DNA of 64,000 nt from Amoebophrya sp. A120 (lineage: Eukaryota > Protista > Dinoflagellata), in the NCBI GenBank assembly GCA_905178155.1, contig CAJINV010000001.1:9197865-9261864 (forward strand), written 5' to 3'. Below, piece by piece: positions 34,319 through 46,118 of this stretch. The notes beneath the pieces are model-generated. The model did not search any database. It was not told where the DNA came from and saw only the letters and a program-made list of their open reading frames with translations. The position numbers and the translations under genes were made by a program. Within the stretch, counting starts at the first letter, position 1, and every line of letters starts with the position of its first letter.

Positions 34319-34959
34319 GGAAAAACTACTTCTATTTCTCAGAAATATGTTCCTGGAAGAGGAAGCAAGCGCAATGCGGTGCGCAGGTGGGAGAAACACA
34401 AGTTAGAAGAGAAGGGGGAGAAACACAAATTAGAAGATAGGAAAGTAGACAATTATTGTGTTGATGAAGGACGCTCGAAAGGAATGGGTCCGTACGGTCG
34501 TACAAAGTAGATCATCTCTACTGCACGATCAAACCGACTTCTGTTCTTTGCCCTTGATCTCTTTGCTGAAAGGCTTTCGCAAGATGCGCACAACAACCGG
34601 AATAAGCACTAGCTTTTATCTTCGCTAGCCATAGGATGAGAAGCGCCAGTTCTTTTCTTCCGCTCTCCTTCGAGATCACAGCACAAGATCAGTTTTTTCT
34701 GCTCGATCGAGTTTCGGAACAAATGTCATTCTTCTTGATGCCCTTACTCTACGCTCTCTGCTCTTCTCCTTTCGTTCTCTCGGCAACGACTTTCTTACCA
34801 GAAGTGGAATAGTGTACTTGAGTGACGAGTCCACTACAAAGGAGTACTTTTTGCTAGCAAAGAGCACGACGAAGAAGTGTAAGTAAGAAGCTGTGTCAAG
34901 AGGTACTGATTGTGTTTTCGACATTGCTTTCCCTTTATCTACCAAAAATCACAGAAAAG

Positions 34960-35964
34960 ATGCCCGGTGCAGGGAAAAAAAATGCTGAGATCAGCAAGAA
35001 AGGCAACGTGAAAAAGGTGCCCGCAATGAAGAAAGCGGCAGTTCCCAAGGCGAAGGCTGCTGCAGACGTGGGGAAGAAGAAGAGTGGCACTGCCGTGAAA
35101 AAGAAGCCTGCAGCACCCAAGGCGAATGCAGAAGCGGGGAAGAAGAGCGGCAGTGCCGTGAAGAAGAAATCTGCGGCGTCGGAAGCTGAGGCGAAGCCGG
35201 CTAGAGAAGCGGGGAAGAAGAAGGGCGGCACTGCCATGAAGAAGGAACCTGCGGTGCCGGAAGCTAAGGCGAAGCCCGCTGCAGGCGCAGCGAAGAAGGA
35301 GGGCGGCACTGCCATGAAGAAGGAACCTGCGGCTTCGGAAGCTAAGTCGGACCCCGCTGCAGGCGTGGCGAAGATGGAGGACTGCACTATCGGTGCCGCC
35401 GCCGAGAAAGACGCGAAACATGGTGAAGCGGAAAAGTATAAATACATTGTTTATCTTGCTGAAATTAAAGAGGAGTGTAGCATGTCCGATAACGAGGAGG
35501 AGGAAGATTCGAACCCATCGGACAATGTGGCTGGACATGGTCGCAATGAAGTGCCCGAAAATGACGTATCGGTGATGAAAATCGATTCCGACGACTGCGG
35601 CACTCTAGCGTTTTGGGCCGCTATTGACAGCCATTGTGAGGACCTGAAGTTAGACATGGAGTTGTTCGCAGATGACGTGTTCCATGTGGTCGACCATCGT
35701 TCGTACTGGAAGAACAACATTCTCAAGAAGGGTTTCTGCTACGATAAGTCGAAAATCTTTGGGGAATCTCCGGACGTATCGAAGGGTGAGTGGGATCGCG
35801 GAGTCCCGAAAGGTGCTACGCTAGTGTTCGAAATGACCGCTGATTGGACTAATCGAGACTGGGACTGCTATGAAGAACTAGAACCGTTGCGCAGACTGCA
35901 TAATGCGGTGTGGGTGAAGCGCATGAAAGTGACCGAAGACGAGAAGGTTTACGAGAAAATCTGA
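34960..35964 (+). CDS. K/A/P-rich repeat protein with acidic C-terminal domain, paralog 2
   Basis: Close duplicate of 33266-34318 with open frame. Confidence 0.8.
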   Translation: MPGAGKKNAEISKKGNVKKVPAMKKAAVPKAKAAADVGKKKSGTAVKKKPAAPKANAEAGKKSGSAVKKKSAASEAEAKPAREAGKKKGGTAMKKEPAVPEAKAKPAAGAAKKEGGTAMKKEPAASEAKSDPAAGVAKMEDCTIGAAAEKDAKHGEAEKYKYIVYLAEIKEECSMSDNEEEEDSNPSDNVAGHGRNEVPENDVSVMKIDSDDCGTLAFWAAIDSHCEDLKLDMELFADDVFHVVDHRSYWKNNILKKGFCYDKSKIFGESPDVSKGEWDRGVPKGATLVFEMTADWTNRDWDCYEELEPLRRLHNAVWVKRMKVTEDEKVYEKI

Positions 35965-36719
35965 GGAAACCCTATTTCTGCCGCTCAGAAGTAGGCGCTC
36001 GGAAGCAAGCGCAATGCGGTGCGAAGGGAGAAACACAAGTTAGTAGAGAAGGGGAATAGCACTGCTCTGTCTTATTTTGAAAAGCAAGTTGCGACCACAT
36101 TTCCATTTGTGTGCCTATGGCATCAGGGTAGGCTATTCCTACAGCGTGTCAGAGAGAGGAGTAGCGCCGATCCCAGCTCGCTATCATCAACATCATCATT
36201 TTCCATACTTATTCTTGACATGAAGCACAAGTCAATTTTCGACCACCACAAAAGGGGCACGAACAGCGAGGCGGCACACGACAGCTTTCTTTGTGTTCGG
36301 TCTTCCAACACTAGTTCACAACAACAGACCTCATCGGACGCGATCGCACGTATACGAGTTGAAGAAGATCACTTTATATCAAGATCTAGTGCAGATCTAT
36401 CGCTTGTGCGAGTTCGGGTTGACATATGGCTTTGTTTCCTGCTGTTTGATGAAGAGGACCAATCCGTTCGACGACCAAGTGAAGAACCACACCTGCTTCC
36501 AGTGTGTAAGTAATCTAACGATAACAGTGTAGCTTTTTCGGATCACTGCGATCTTGGGTGTCTGTTTCAGTTTCGTTAGCAGCTGCTCCGATAGTTGTAG
36601 CCATTGCCATTTCTCCATCTCCTTTTACCATAGTTAGATCAAGCTGTAAAGAAGTAGAGCGTTTCATCTCGTCACTTCTCACAAGCCACCAAAAACTTTC
36701 ACTTACTGGAATCAGTACG

Positions 36720-37848
36720 ATGCCGGGCTCTACTACGAAAAGCGGTGGCAAAGCCGCTCAAGCGAAGAGTGCGGAAAAAAAGCCTGCCATGAAGAAAGCC
36801 AAGCCGGACAGTACCGCGAAGAAGCAGGACAGTAAGAAAAGCGCTGCGAACTCGACGAAGCTGGCGACGACTACCAAAAAGGCGACCGTCATGAAAAAGG
36901 AGACCGTGAAAAAATCTCCCTCCGCGGCCTCGGTGAAACCTAAAAAATCGCAAGCGAAACAAGGCACAGCTACCACGACCCCAAAGAAGCCGAGTGGTGT
37001 CAAGGAAAAAAAGAATGAGGAGGTTTCTGCTGCTGCTCCGGGCACTTCCTCCGTTCTTTCCCCGGTCACGACCGACGCGGGATCTGCCGCGGGGAAGGGG
37101 AAGGACGGGAAAAAAACGACGAAGTACGGATACGTTATCTACAACTGCGAGCTAGTGCAATACGAGGACGAACCGGAAGACTTAGAAGAGGAGGATTCGG
37201 AGCTGTCGCGCGACGAACCCCGCGGGGGGCGATGCCCGGGCTCGATTCCCGTCACTGCGCACTACACGGTCGTGAGCGAATTCATGGCTATGGATTGTAC
37301 CAGCGCCGCGTTCTGGGAAAAGATCGACGAACTCGCGGACGAGCTCGCCGAGGGGTTCATGGAGAGAGGTTCGATGGATCCCGCCGAAGCCACACTGGGT
37401 GCACTGGAATACGACGCGCGCAACTTCTGGAAGGCGCAGGCGCAGAGCGGCAAAGCGTCAGGGGGCAAGTCCTTGGGTGTCACCGTCGAGGACGTGAAGA
37501 GCTGCTGGGTCGACGCAGGTTATGAATCTGAAACAGACTTCTCATGCTTAAGTCGCACTTGTTTCATGTTGGCACGACAACATGCGTAGAGAAAAGCCTC
37601 GTAGATGCAACAACATTCTCCATGATTTGCTTTATGTGCGTCAGAAGCTTTTATTTCAATTTCATAAAACAAGCGGAAGCGAGGACAGAAAATGGTACGA
37701 GGCCGACGATTGGAACAGGGGCGGGATTCCTGCGGAGGCCACTTCGATCTACAAAACCGTCCAGGAATACACCCAATTCGCGGAAGAAGATTACGTGGAA
37801 AAGTTTTCCACGGGAATCTGGGTGAAGCGTGTTGAGCTGTTGCAGTAG
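36720..37848 (+). CDS. Divergent paralog 3 of the K/A-rich + acidic-domain family
   Basis: MPGSTTKSGG, K-rich N-terminus, KYGYVIY..CTSAAFWEKID..RNFW. Second exon (after intron ~37520-37673) DDWNRGGIPAEAT..GIWVKRV matches the paralog C-termini. Confidence 0.72.
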
Positions 37849-38544
37849 ACGGTGCCAAGAAACGCAACGAAACATAATTAAAATGAGGATGGGACGACTG
37901 GACCATTTTTCGGCGGACGAACAGGTTCAAAACACCGACACGACCGCAAAGGATCTTGAATCTTTTGATTTTCAAAAATAAACGACGACTGTCGCAATCT
38001 TCGCAACATATTCGATGACTTTTGGAACGTGTGTTGTATAACCGTAATGCATGACTACAATAGAGATGCGGAAGCAGATACTATGCATTCGACTTCTACT
38101 GAAAACGAAGACAATAATCTTCATGGTATCTGGGAATCTGAGCCTATAGCGGATTCGCTTGCCTATAACCAGATGTAATGGGCGAAGACTCCCTTGCTTT
38201 TTATCGCGCGTGCAGCTGAAGATTGGACTGATCTTTTTTCCGGCGGTGAGGCCGGATTGATTTGTCACGCTAGTGTTTATTTTCGTGCTTCTTGACTATC
38301 GTGCCACTGACACTGTCACACTACAGGTGTCGTGCTCGTTGGAGAGATCGGATGGTGGGAGAGAGGGCAACGTCCTGGAGTGGTGTGACGAGCGAAGATG
38401 TCGCTGCATTTACTGCGCCACAACGACCCGTGAAGATTTTATTATTATTACGTCCTGTGTGCAGACGTTACTTGACAACTAGCAGCATACAATTCAATTC
38501 CTCGTTGGTACTTCTAAGTTTTCACGAAATTTTGTCTACAAAAA

Positions 38545-40880
38545 ATGCAACATTTTTGTACACGGTTCGCTCCGGCCGCGGTTCGGGTTGCTCCACCGAC
38601 GAGCGACCAGACTATCAAATGTAAAAATGTCTGGGTCCGGAAGAATGTGCGATTTGTCATGCAGCTTTTCCATGATCTATGAGGTCTGGAATGCAGGAGC
38701 TAGCGTGACAGATTCTGTGCGATCTCTCTCATGCCTATCCTGCATGGGAAACTCCCTCCCGACTTGGTCAAAACTGGACGATTTTTGGTAATCACGCAAC
38801 ACAGATTTTTGCATGCTTCAGATCTAGCATGACAGGTTGCATTCTTCCAGACCCAGACATTTTTGCATTTGATACAGACTGGTTGGGAGCAAAGTTCGGG
38901 ATCTTCCTCGTCTTCCTCGTCTTCTTCCCGACCTCGGGCGGAGCACTTCGTTTCTGATGCATCTTTAAAGTCTAGTACTTTTGACTGCTCGCGGACCAGG
39001 CGCTCCTTCTCCCGTCCTACCAGCTTACTCGATTTTTGTGACGAGTTTGCCCTACAACGCAGCGCAGGTTTATTTTCCGCGGCACACAATAAGAATTTCG
39101 TTCTTTGCGAGGTGAAGAACGAAACCGCGTCCGACCACGGCAGCGTTTCGTTCGACCCGAACCATGAGGATCGTAGTAAGACCAAAAGTAAAACCTCTAA
39201 CGGCGACGCCGCACTACAGCTCGACCGCGGAATTTTCATCCGCGAAAGCACGCTGCAGTTTGAAGACAAGTACCAAATGGCGAAGGAGGGGCAGATCGGT
39301 GAGGGCGGATTCGGTGCGGTTTTCAAGTGTAAGCACAAGGGCACGGGCGTCCTGCGTGCGGCGAAGCGGATCCCCAAGCACGTGCTGCAGAGCGACTGGG
39401 CGATGTTCGAGAACGAAGTGAAATCGCTGATCGCACTGGACCATCCGCACATCGTGAAACTCTTGGAGTACTTCGACGATGGAAAAGACGTCGTTTTGGT
39501 GTTCGAGCTCTGTCAGGGACCGGACCTCTTCGACCGGATAGTAGACGTGTTGAAAACCAAAAACCGGTTCAACAAGCAGGAAGCCGGGAGACTGCTTCGC
39601 CACATGCTGAAGGCGGTTTTCTGCTGCCACTCGCTCGGCATTGTGCACCGCGACATCAAGCCGGAGAACTTCATGTTCGCCAGTGTCGATCGGAACGCGA
39701 GCTTGAAGCTGATCGACCTAGGGTTGTCCGCGAGGAGTAGCGGCGAGTCCGATCTCGAGGGGCAGCGGGGCACCGTCGCGTACATGCCGCCGGAAATGAT
39801 TGCCGGGGGCAAGTACGACCGCAGAGTGGACATCTGGGGCTTGGGCATCATCCTCTACATCATGCTGGCCGGTGAGCCGCTGTTTTCCCTCGGCGCGGAG
39901 GAGGAAGAAGTCAAGCAGCAGATCCTGGATCCGCGGTATCTATCGAAGAAGCTGAAAAAGAAAAAGAAAAACATGGACCCCGACGGGTACGATTTATTGG
40001 AAAAAATGTTGCAGCGCGACCACACGAAGCGCATCGACGCGAGGGTGGCCTTGGAGCACCCGTTTATCCAGAAGAGCTACGACCCACCAGAAGGCAGGCA
40101 GAACAGCAAAGGCGGAGCAGGAGTGCCGACGAGGGTACTGGAGTTTGCTTTCTTTTCTTTTGCGCGGTTTCATTGTGTATAACCTTAGCTCCATATGCTA
40201 ATGTGAAAGTAAATTACTACAAACTTTGTCATCAGCTCCCGTCCGGCCAGCGGCGTTTGCACATGGATGAAGTGATGAAGAATATGCGGGAATTCGCACA
40301 ACTCCCACTCCTGAAACGCGCGGCCCTCATTGTGCTCGCGCATCTGGCCGGCACCGACACGGACGACCTTGCACCGCATAGGCTGACTTTCCGGGCGCTG
40401 GATAAGGACGGGTCTGGAACCTTATCGATGGAAGAATTCGTGAACGCAGTGCGCTCGGAGGGCGGCATAGACTTTGAACTGCCACACGATTTCGAGGTTG
40501 AGGTGTGGCCCCGGGTCGACTTGAACCAGAGCGAAGACATCAACTTCACCGAGTTCTTGGCGGCCACGCTCGACTGGCGTTCCTTCAACGAAGCGCATTA
40601 TTTGGCGGTGTACCAGGTAAGGGATTGGATGTGGCATAAGGAAAGTTCAGAACAAAGGAAGTGTGCGTGGTTCAATATATTTTTCTGCGGAACTCGTATC
40701 TGTCTGAAACTGAAACCCCCTCAGGTTCTCGACGCCGACGGCAGCGGTTGTGTGGATGTGCAGGACATGCGTGTGATTTTTCCCAACAACACTTTGGAGG
40801 AGCTCAACAATATGATGCGGGAGGTCACCCCAGATGGTCGGCTCACTTTTGAACAGTTTCTGGCAGCCATGCGGCGCTGA
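38545..40880 (+). CDS. Calcium-dependent protein kinase (kinase domain + EF hands)
   Basis: Exons 38545-38612, 38880-40134, 40236-40616, 40725-40880. GEGGFG, AAK, HRDIKPEN, DLG, MPPE. EF loops DKDGSGTLS, DLNQSEDIN, DADGSGCVD. ATG 38545 is in frame only after introner removal. Confidence 0.9.
38613..38874. mobile_element. Introner family A, 262-bp subfamily, TSD CAGAC
   Basis: TIRs as family A. CAGAC at 38608-38612 and 38875-38879. Very similar to 57824-58085, same orientation. Confidence 0.93.
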
Positions 40881-40881
40881 T

Positions 40882-41090
40882 TATCCAAGAAAAAAACTGT
40901 GTAAGTGTAAATTTGTGTTGCAGAACGTGCAACAGAGTTACACCTGTCATGCCAGGCTGCCATGAAGTCCTCTTTTCATGTGTGTTTTCACTTACAAGCT
41001 ACGCATGACAGGTTTTCTCTGTCATGTAGCGCAAATTTGTGATGCTGCTCCTCAAAGAAAGTTACACTTACACACTTTTTTTCCTGGATA
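40882..41090. mobile_element. MITE/introner family C, 209 bp, TSD CTGAT (includes the CDPK stop codon)
   Basis: TATCCAAGAAAAAAACTGTGTAAGTGTAA ... TTACACTTACACACTTTTTTTCCTGGATA. CTGAT at 40877-40881 and 41091-41095. Confidence 0.88.
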
Positions 41091-41731
41091 CTGATCTTGA
41101 ATGATGCATTAAAGAAATCTTATAATTTCGGTGTCTTTCCTCGACACGGATTGCAGTGGTAATCTACTGTCGTGTCAGAGTTGGTTATCATTCTTGGGGC
41201 CAAATACAAGATAGGTTTTTTGCGGTTTCAAATGTATGAAGAACTTTTTCGCGTTGTACCATGGGTATCAAATCCCACGAGACGTTCGCATTCATTGCGT
41301 GTACGCCGGAGTTGCTGTTGGCCGTATTTTCTTGTGCCAAGCTAGCAGCATCTTGATTTTGAAAAACTTTGTACCGATTGTATGAATCTCAGCTCGAAGT
41401 GATTGAATGTAGATACATAGAGGAAGTCAAAGAATCCAGAACTACAACATTCTGCACTCTGTGGCTCAGGAGGTCGAGCCAGAGTAAAACTTGCGAGACG
41501 CTGACATACATCCTTCTTTTTCATGATCGTCTCTTTGTACAGGTGTTCACATTCAGTCATTTTTGACTTCAGCATTTCATGGATCTCAGTACTTTTACAC
41601 AAGACGACTTGTGAGTGCGGAATTTGCTATATCAGGCATTGTCTGTTTCAAATCAGTTTTTCCCTTGTTGCTCTGTTTTATTATCCTATCACGGGGCGGC
41701 GTTACTGAGCATCAAGTAACTGTAACTGACC

Positions 41732-42842
41732 ATGACAACCATGTTGCTCGACCTGTACAGCACCCTGGAGTCCAACATGGCCGCCCGCCACCTCACGGAA
41801 GCGTGTGGCATGGTGCTGCCTTTGTTGCTGTTCTTGGCTCCGCTGCCACTCGTTGTCACCCAGCATCGGACAATGTCGGTCGGAACGATGCCGCCGCTGC
41901 CTTTTCTCGCGGGGTTAGGAACGAATTTGCTGTGGCTAATCGCAGGAATCGGAATGCAACAGGTTGCCATGATTGTTCCGAATGCGTGCGGCTTGGTGCT
42001 GCATTCCGCCTACGTGTTTGTCTACTTCTCAGCGTTAACGGCGGAGTTGCGGTTTTACTTGACTAAAGCAGCTTCATCTCCGGAAACAGAAAAAGACAGC
42101 AGTAAGGTCTCTCCGGTCTTGCTCGCAGCTGACAAGGATGAGGAGGCAGTCGCAAAGAAGAAAAAACCCACTTCGGTGGACTCGAAGCCCGCCGTGGCCC
42201 GGCGTCGCTCGCAGACCCCATCCAGCATGAAAAAGGGAAAATCACCTGCGCGAAAAAAGAGTACGGACGGAAAAAAAACCGATGTTGACTCAACGAAAGC
42301 GGAAGCCGACAAAGTTGTGAAGCGGAGGTCGTCAAGTGCAAATCCAAGATTAGAAACATTAGTCGCGAAGAAGAAGGTTTTTTACGTACTTTTAGCCTCT
42401 GTCTCCGGCGCGGCCGTGTTCGGTGTCGTTGCACTTGCCGTCCAGAAAACCCAGCTTGTGGCACTGCTGGCTAGCGCTCTGAATGTGGCAATGTCCGGCG
42501 CTCCAGCATTGGCGCTCCGCACGGCGTGGACGACCAAGGACAAAAGTTGCTTAGGTAAAAATCGGTATGATGTTTTATTTGTGTAAGCGATAATGAAAAG
42601 CTGCAATTTGTCTCAGCGTGGAACAGTGTTGTTCACTATATCTCTCCAAAAACAAAACAGGAAGTGGTGCCATGCTGTTTGCCGGGCTTGCGTGTTCCCT
42701 CGCCTGGACGATGATCGGCGCGATTTGGTGGAAGGACGTCCAAGTTCTCGTCCCGAATGCCATCGGCCTCGCGACCAGTATCGTCGCCTTGATGCTGGGC
42801 AGCTGGATCGATTTGACGGTGAAAAAAAAGAAGGCGGACTGA
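41732..42842 (+). CDS. SWEET/MtN3-family sugar transporter-like protein
   Basis: Two MtN3-like halves (LFLAPLP..PPLPFLA..N.LW..VPNACG; GAPALALR.AW.TKD..AW..G...D..VLVPNAIG) separated by a long K/S-rich loop. GT-AG intron 42555-42660. Confidence 0.75.
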
Positions 42843-43245
42843 TTCCGAACCGGGAATTCAGATGGCCTCTCAGCGGCGAAGCACCGTTAGTCGTACGAAA
42901 GTTCTTTACTCGATCAGCACTTCTAAAAACCGCACTCCCACGTTGCACAAAATTTTTATTGTGAGCGAGAAACAAAAAGCAGTTTCTTAGATGATGTAGA
43001 AGAAATTGTAGTTCGTCCCCGCCGTGGACATACTGCACCTGCAGTAACACGCTTGCTCACGCACGGTAGCTACGTGACGCTCTTTGTACAGGAACCTCCC
43101 CGATGTTCAGACCCACCCTTTTTTCTTTTATCTCTCGCACTAGCGGCAACGGGACGCCTATCAAGCACAACAACATTCATTATAGAAACCCAGAATACAA
43201 CAATGTGAATTGACGTTTTTGCGTGTTTCCTACCTTTGAGTCGCT

Positions 43246-46118
43246 ATGTCTTGGTCGTCCGTTTCTGCCCGCTGCAGAAATGCTTCGGGCGTAAGAGGTG
43301 CGTCGCAAACCTACCTGCACAAAAGTCGCCTCGTTCCTGCATGCGGGAGGTCGACTTCCGGTGGCAGCCTGCCCTCGCGCCTACGTGGAACAGCACTAAG
43401 TGATAGCAAACGGCACCCAGCATCAGATCGCCAACAAGCCCGACACTACGGGTTCGGGTCTTTTCACAAAGCAGAGCTACTTCCTGGCGCTTTGCCAACG
43501 CGACAGTTTTCGCCGATAAAGCCAGCGTATGGGCTCTATCCAGAGCTCTTGTCGGGGACGACCTTCACCGCGCCGCGCGCGAAGAACCGTTACACGTGGA
43601 TGTACCGATGCAGACCCAGTGTGAAGCACGATGGCCAGTACCAAAATGGAGATCACAAGCTTGCGAAAGCAGTGGCAAATCACCGATGGACGACTCGACC
43701 TGCGATGAATCCGACATCGCCGTCGCAGTTTCGCTTTCCCAGGCTCGAGGTACAGTGAATCGATCTTCTTCTTTGCAGGATAGAGAACAAAAAGTGGCGT
43801 GCTTGACAGTTGCTTGTATGGATTTATTTGCATCAGTGTGAATCAAAAGCTAGACGCCAAATGAACTGTTACAGGAGCCCCGCGGTCTGACGTGTGACTT
43901 TTTGGACGGCATGGTAACTTTGGCTGTGAACGGTTCAGGCGAAAAGCAGCAGGGGGCCGCGGCTTCGGTGTATTCTTGTACGCAATCCATGACGCGGGTT
44001 TTTCGGAATCACGATGCAGAGATGATGATAATTCCGCAAAGCGGAAATCTCTGTGTGCGCACGGAGCTTGGAGTGCTGAGACTAGAGCCATCGGTATAAA
44101 GACATAGGGAGTTGATTTTCTTTCCACTCGGAGTGGGCCTGAAACGCGTTAGAATGGCGGGAATGATTGTCGTCACTTTTCCCATCGGCACGCAATCCAA
44201 TAGATGACTCATTCATTTAAATTCAGGAATTCGCTTTGATTCCTCGCGGGATGGTGTTTCGCGTGGAGATCGATGGCGACGCCGCTGAGGGATACGTTTT
44301 GGAAAACTTCGGCGCTCTGTTCCAATTGCCCGAACTGGGCCCAATCGGGATCAGCAGTGGTCTTGCGCACCCGAGGCACTTTGTCCCGGCCGAGCTCGAG
44401 GGCAACAAGGAACTCGCTCTCGACAACGCTAGCAAAAGGCTACCGCAGCCAACCGAGATCATTTCCAAGTTTCAGGACAGTTTTTTCGAAGCAAAAACGG
44501 AGTTCAACGCGTTTGACGTGGTCGCGTACTACGGGAACTACATTCCTGTCAAGTACGATCTGCGGGATTTCATGGCGATAAATTAGACCAGAAAATCGGA
44601 CGAAGTACATACTTTTTCGCGCACCCGCTGGCATGGCGGGCCACTTTCGTTTCGCTTTGAGGGCGGCGGGATGCCCTTGCAACACACCCGGCCCGAGGAA
44701 CTCGCTGCGCCATGCAGCGGCCCGGGCGTTGTGGCTTGTCAAAGAGAGCCGGGGCGGCCTCCCGGCCTCGAAGCCCGCCCAGAGCGAGAAGCGCCGCCCC
44801 GCCAAGCGGCTTCCCCCCGGGCCTTTCCCTGTCGGGGCGATGCGCCACCGCCATGTTTTTTGCCGGAAGCACATGGGCCTGCTTGCCGTAAAGGAGGGGC
44901 CGGCCGCCGAAGCAGTAGAGCGCGCGCCCCTTGGGTTGGGCCTGCTTCGGCCCAAGCCACCGCCCCCCAAGTTGGGGGTAATGATGGGGGGGCCCGGAAG
45001 GCGCGCGCGCCCCCCCCCTCTGGGGGGGGGGTAAACAGAGGGCAGAATTGGGGCAATTCTGCCCCCTTTTTTAGGGGGGGGCAAAAAATGGCCTTCCCCC
45101 GATGCTACAGGGGGGGAGCAAAATGGCCCAGAACCGGGCACATTTTACCCCCCCCCAAAAGAAGGGCGAATTGGGCCAATTCGGCCCCCCCTTTTCCCCC
45201 CCGGAAGAAGGGGAGGGCGCGCACGCCTTTCAAGGGGCGTGCAGTTCACCCGCCGGCCGGGGCCCCGGATGAAGAAGGGCGCGCCGCCAAAGCAAAAGCT
45301 TTTCCGGCCCCGGACGGGCTTCGAGTTGGGGCCCCGGGATGCACGCCGCGTCGGCTGTGCATCCTCGACTTGAGCCTCGCGCGGGGGCGGGTGGCGAAGT
45401 GCTGGCTGCGTGCCGTCGCCTTCCTATCTATGTCCGGCCGACCCTCCCCGGCCCCGGCCGCCCCGCCGCAATGCCGGAGGCTAATTTTTCCGGGGTAAAG
45501 CAGCCCGGAACGCGGTCGCGCCTTCGCGCCCCTCAACTTCTTTCCGCCCGCGACCCCCATTGCACGGGGATGCGCAAAAAAACATGTACTTCGTCCGATT
45601 TTCTGGTCTAAATAAACACGGTCACCTACGACCACCCGGACCCGAGCATCGGCAGTGTTTTGTCAAGTTACGCGGACCAGAGTTCCGGCCTTGCGAACAT
45701 CGACTTTGTTTGCTTTCCGCCACGGTACGTAGTCGCGGAAAACACCTTCCGGCCGCCGTGGTTTCACCGGAACTTCATGAGCGAGTTCATGGGCCTGATT
45801 ATCGGGAGTTACGACGCGAAGAAAGGATTCTCGCCGGGGGCTAGTTCCATTCACAACGCGTTTGTCCCGCACGGACCGGACAGGGCCGCGGTGGAGAACG
45901 CGAGCGGAAAAGACCCATTGACCCCCGAAAGATACGAGAACGCGTTGGCGTTTATGTGGGAGAGCAATCGGGTGTGGAAACCCACCGAGTTTGCACTGAA
46001 AATTGTCGACAAGGAATACCGGAAGGAGTGCGGGTGGAGCGAGATACCCGACCGTTTCGACCCGAACAACGCACCGCCAGACCCCCAACCACGACCGTTT
46101 CAGGGTGGGAGCGGCTGA
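43246..46118 (+). CDS. HGD: Homogentisate 1,2-dioxygenase
   Basis: Exons 43246-43749, 43875-44093, 44227-44582, 45617-46118. [83 protein letters not shown]. Confidence 0.95.
44583..45611. mobile_element. Large introner family D, 1029 bp, TSD ATAAA
   Basis: Perfect 28-bp TIR TTAGACCAGAAAATCGGACGAAGTACAT. ATAAA at 44578-44582 and 45612-45616. Removal gives the conserved [16 protein letters not shown]. Confidence 0.93.

Larger units (their letters stand above)
32695..36055 (+). repeat. Tandem segmental duplication (~32695-34420 and ~34436-36055)
   Basis: Both units begin AGATAGGAAAGTAGAC, share intergenic blocks (e.g. AGATCATCTCTACTGCACGATCAAACCGA; GCAAAGAGCACGACGAAGAAGTGTAAGTAAGAAGCTGTGT), carry one gene each and end GGGAGAAACACAAGTTAG.AGAGAAGGGG. 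Confidence 0.9.

Noticed and set aside
41342-41602. 86-aa minus-strand ORF with a helical-looking N-terminus
   Set aside because: Short, no family motif, and opposite to all supported genes.
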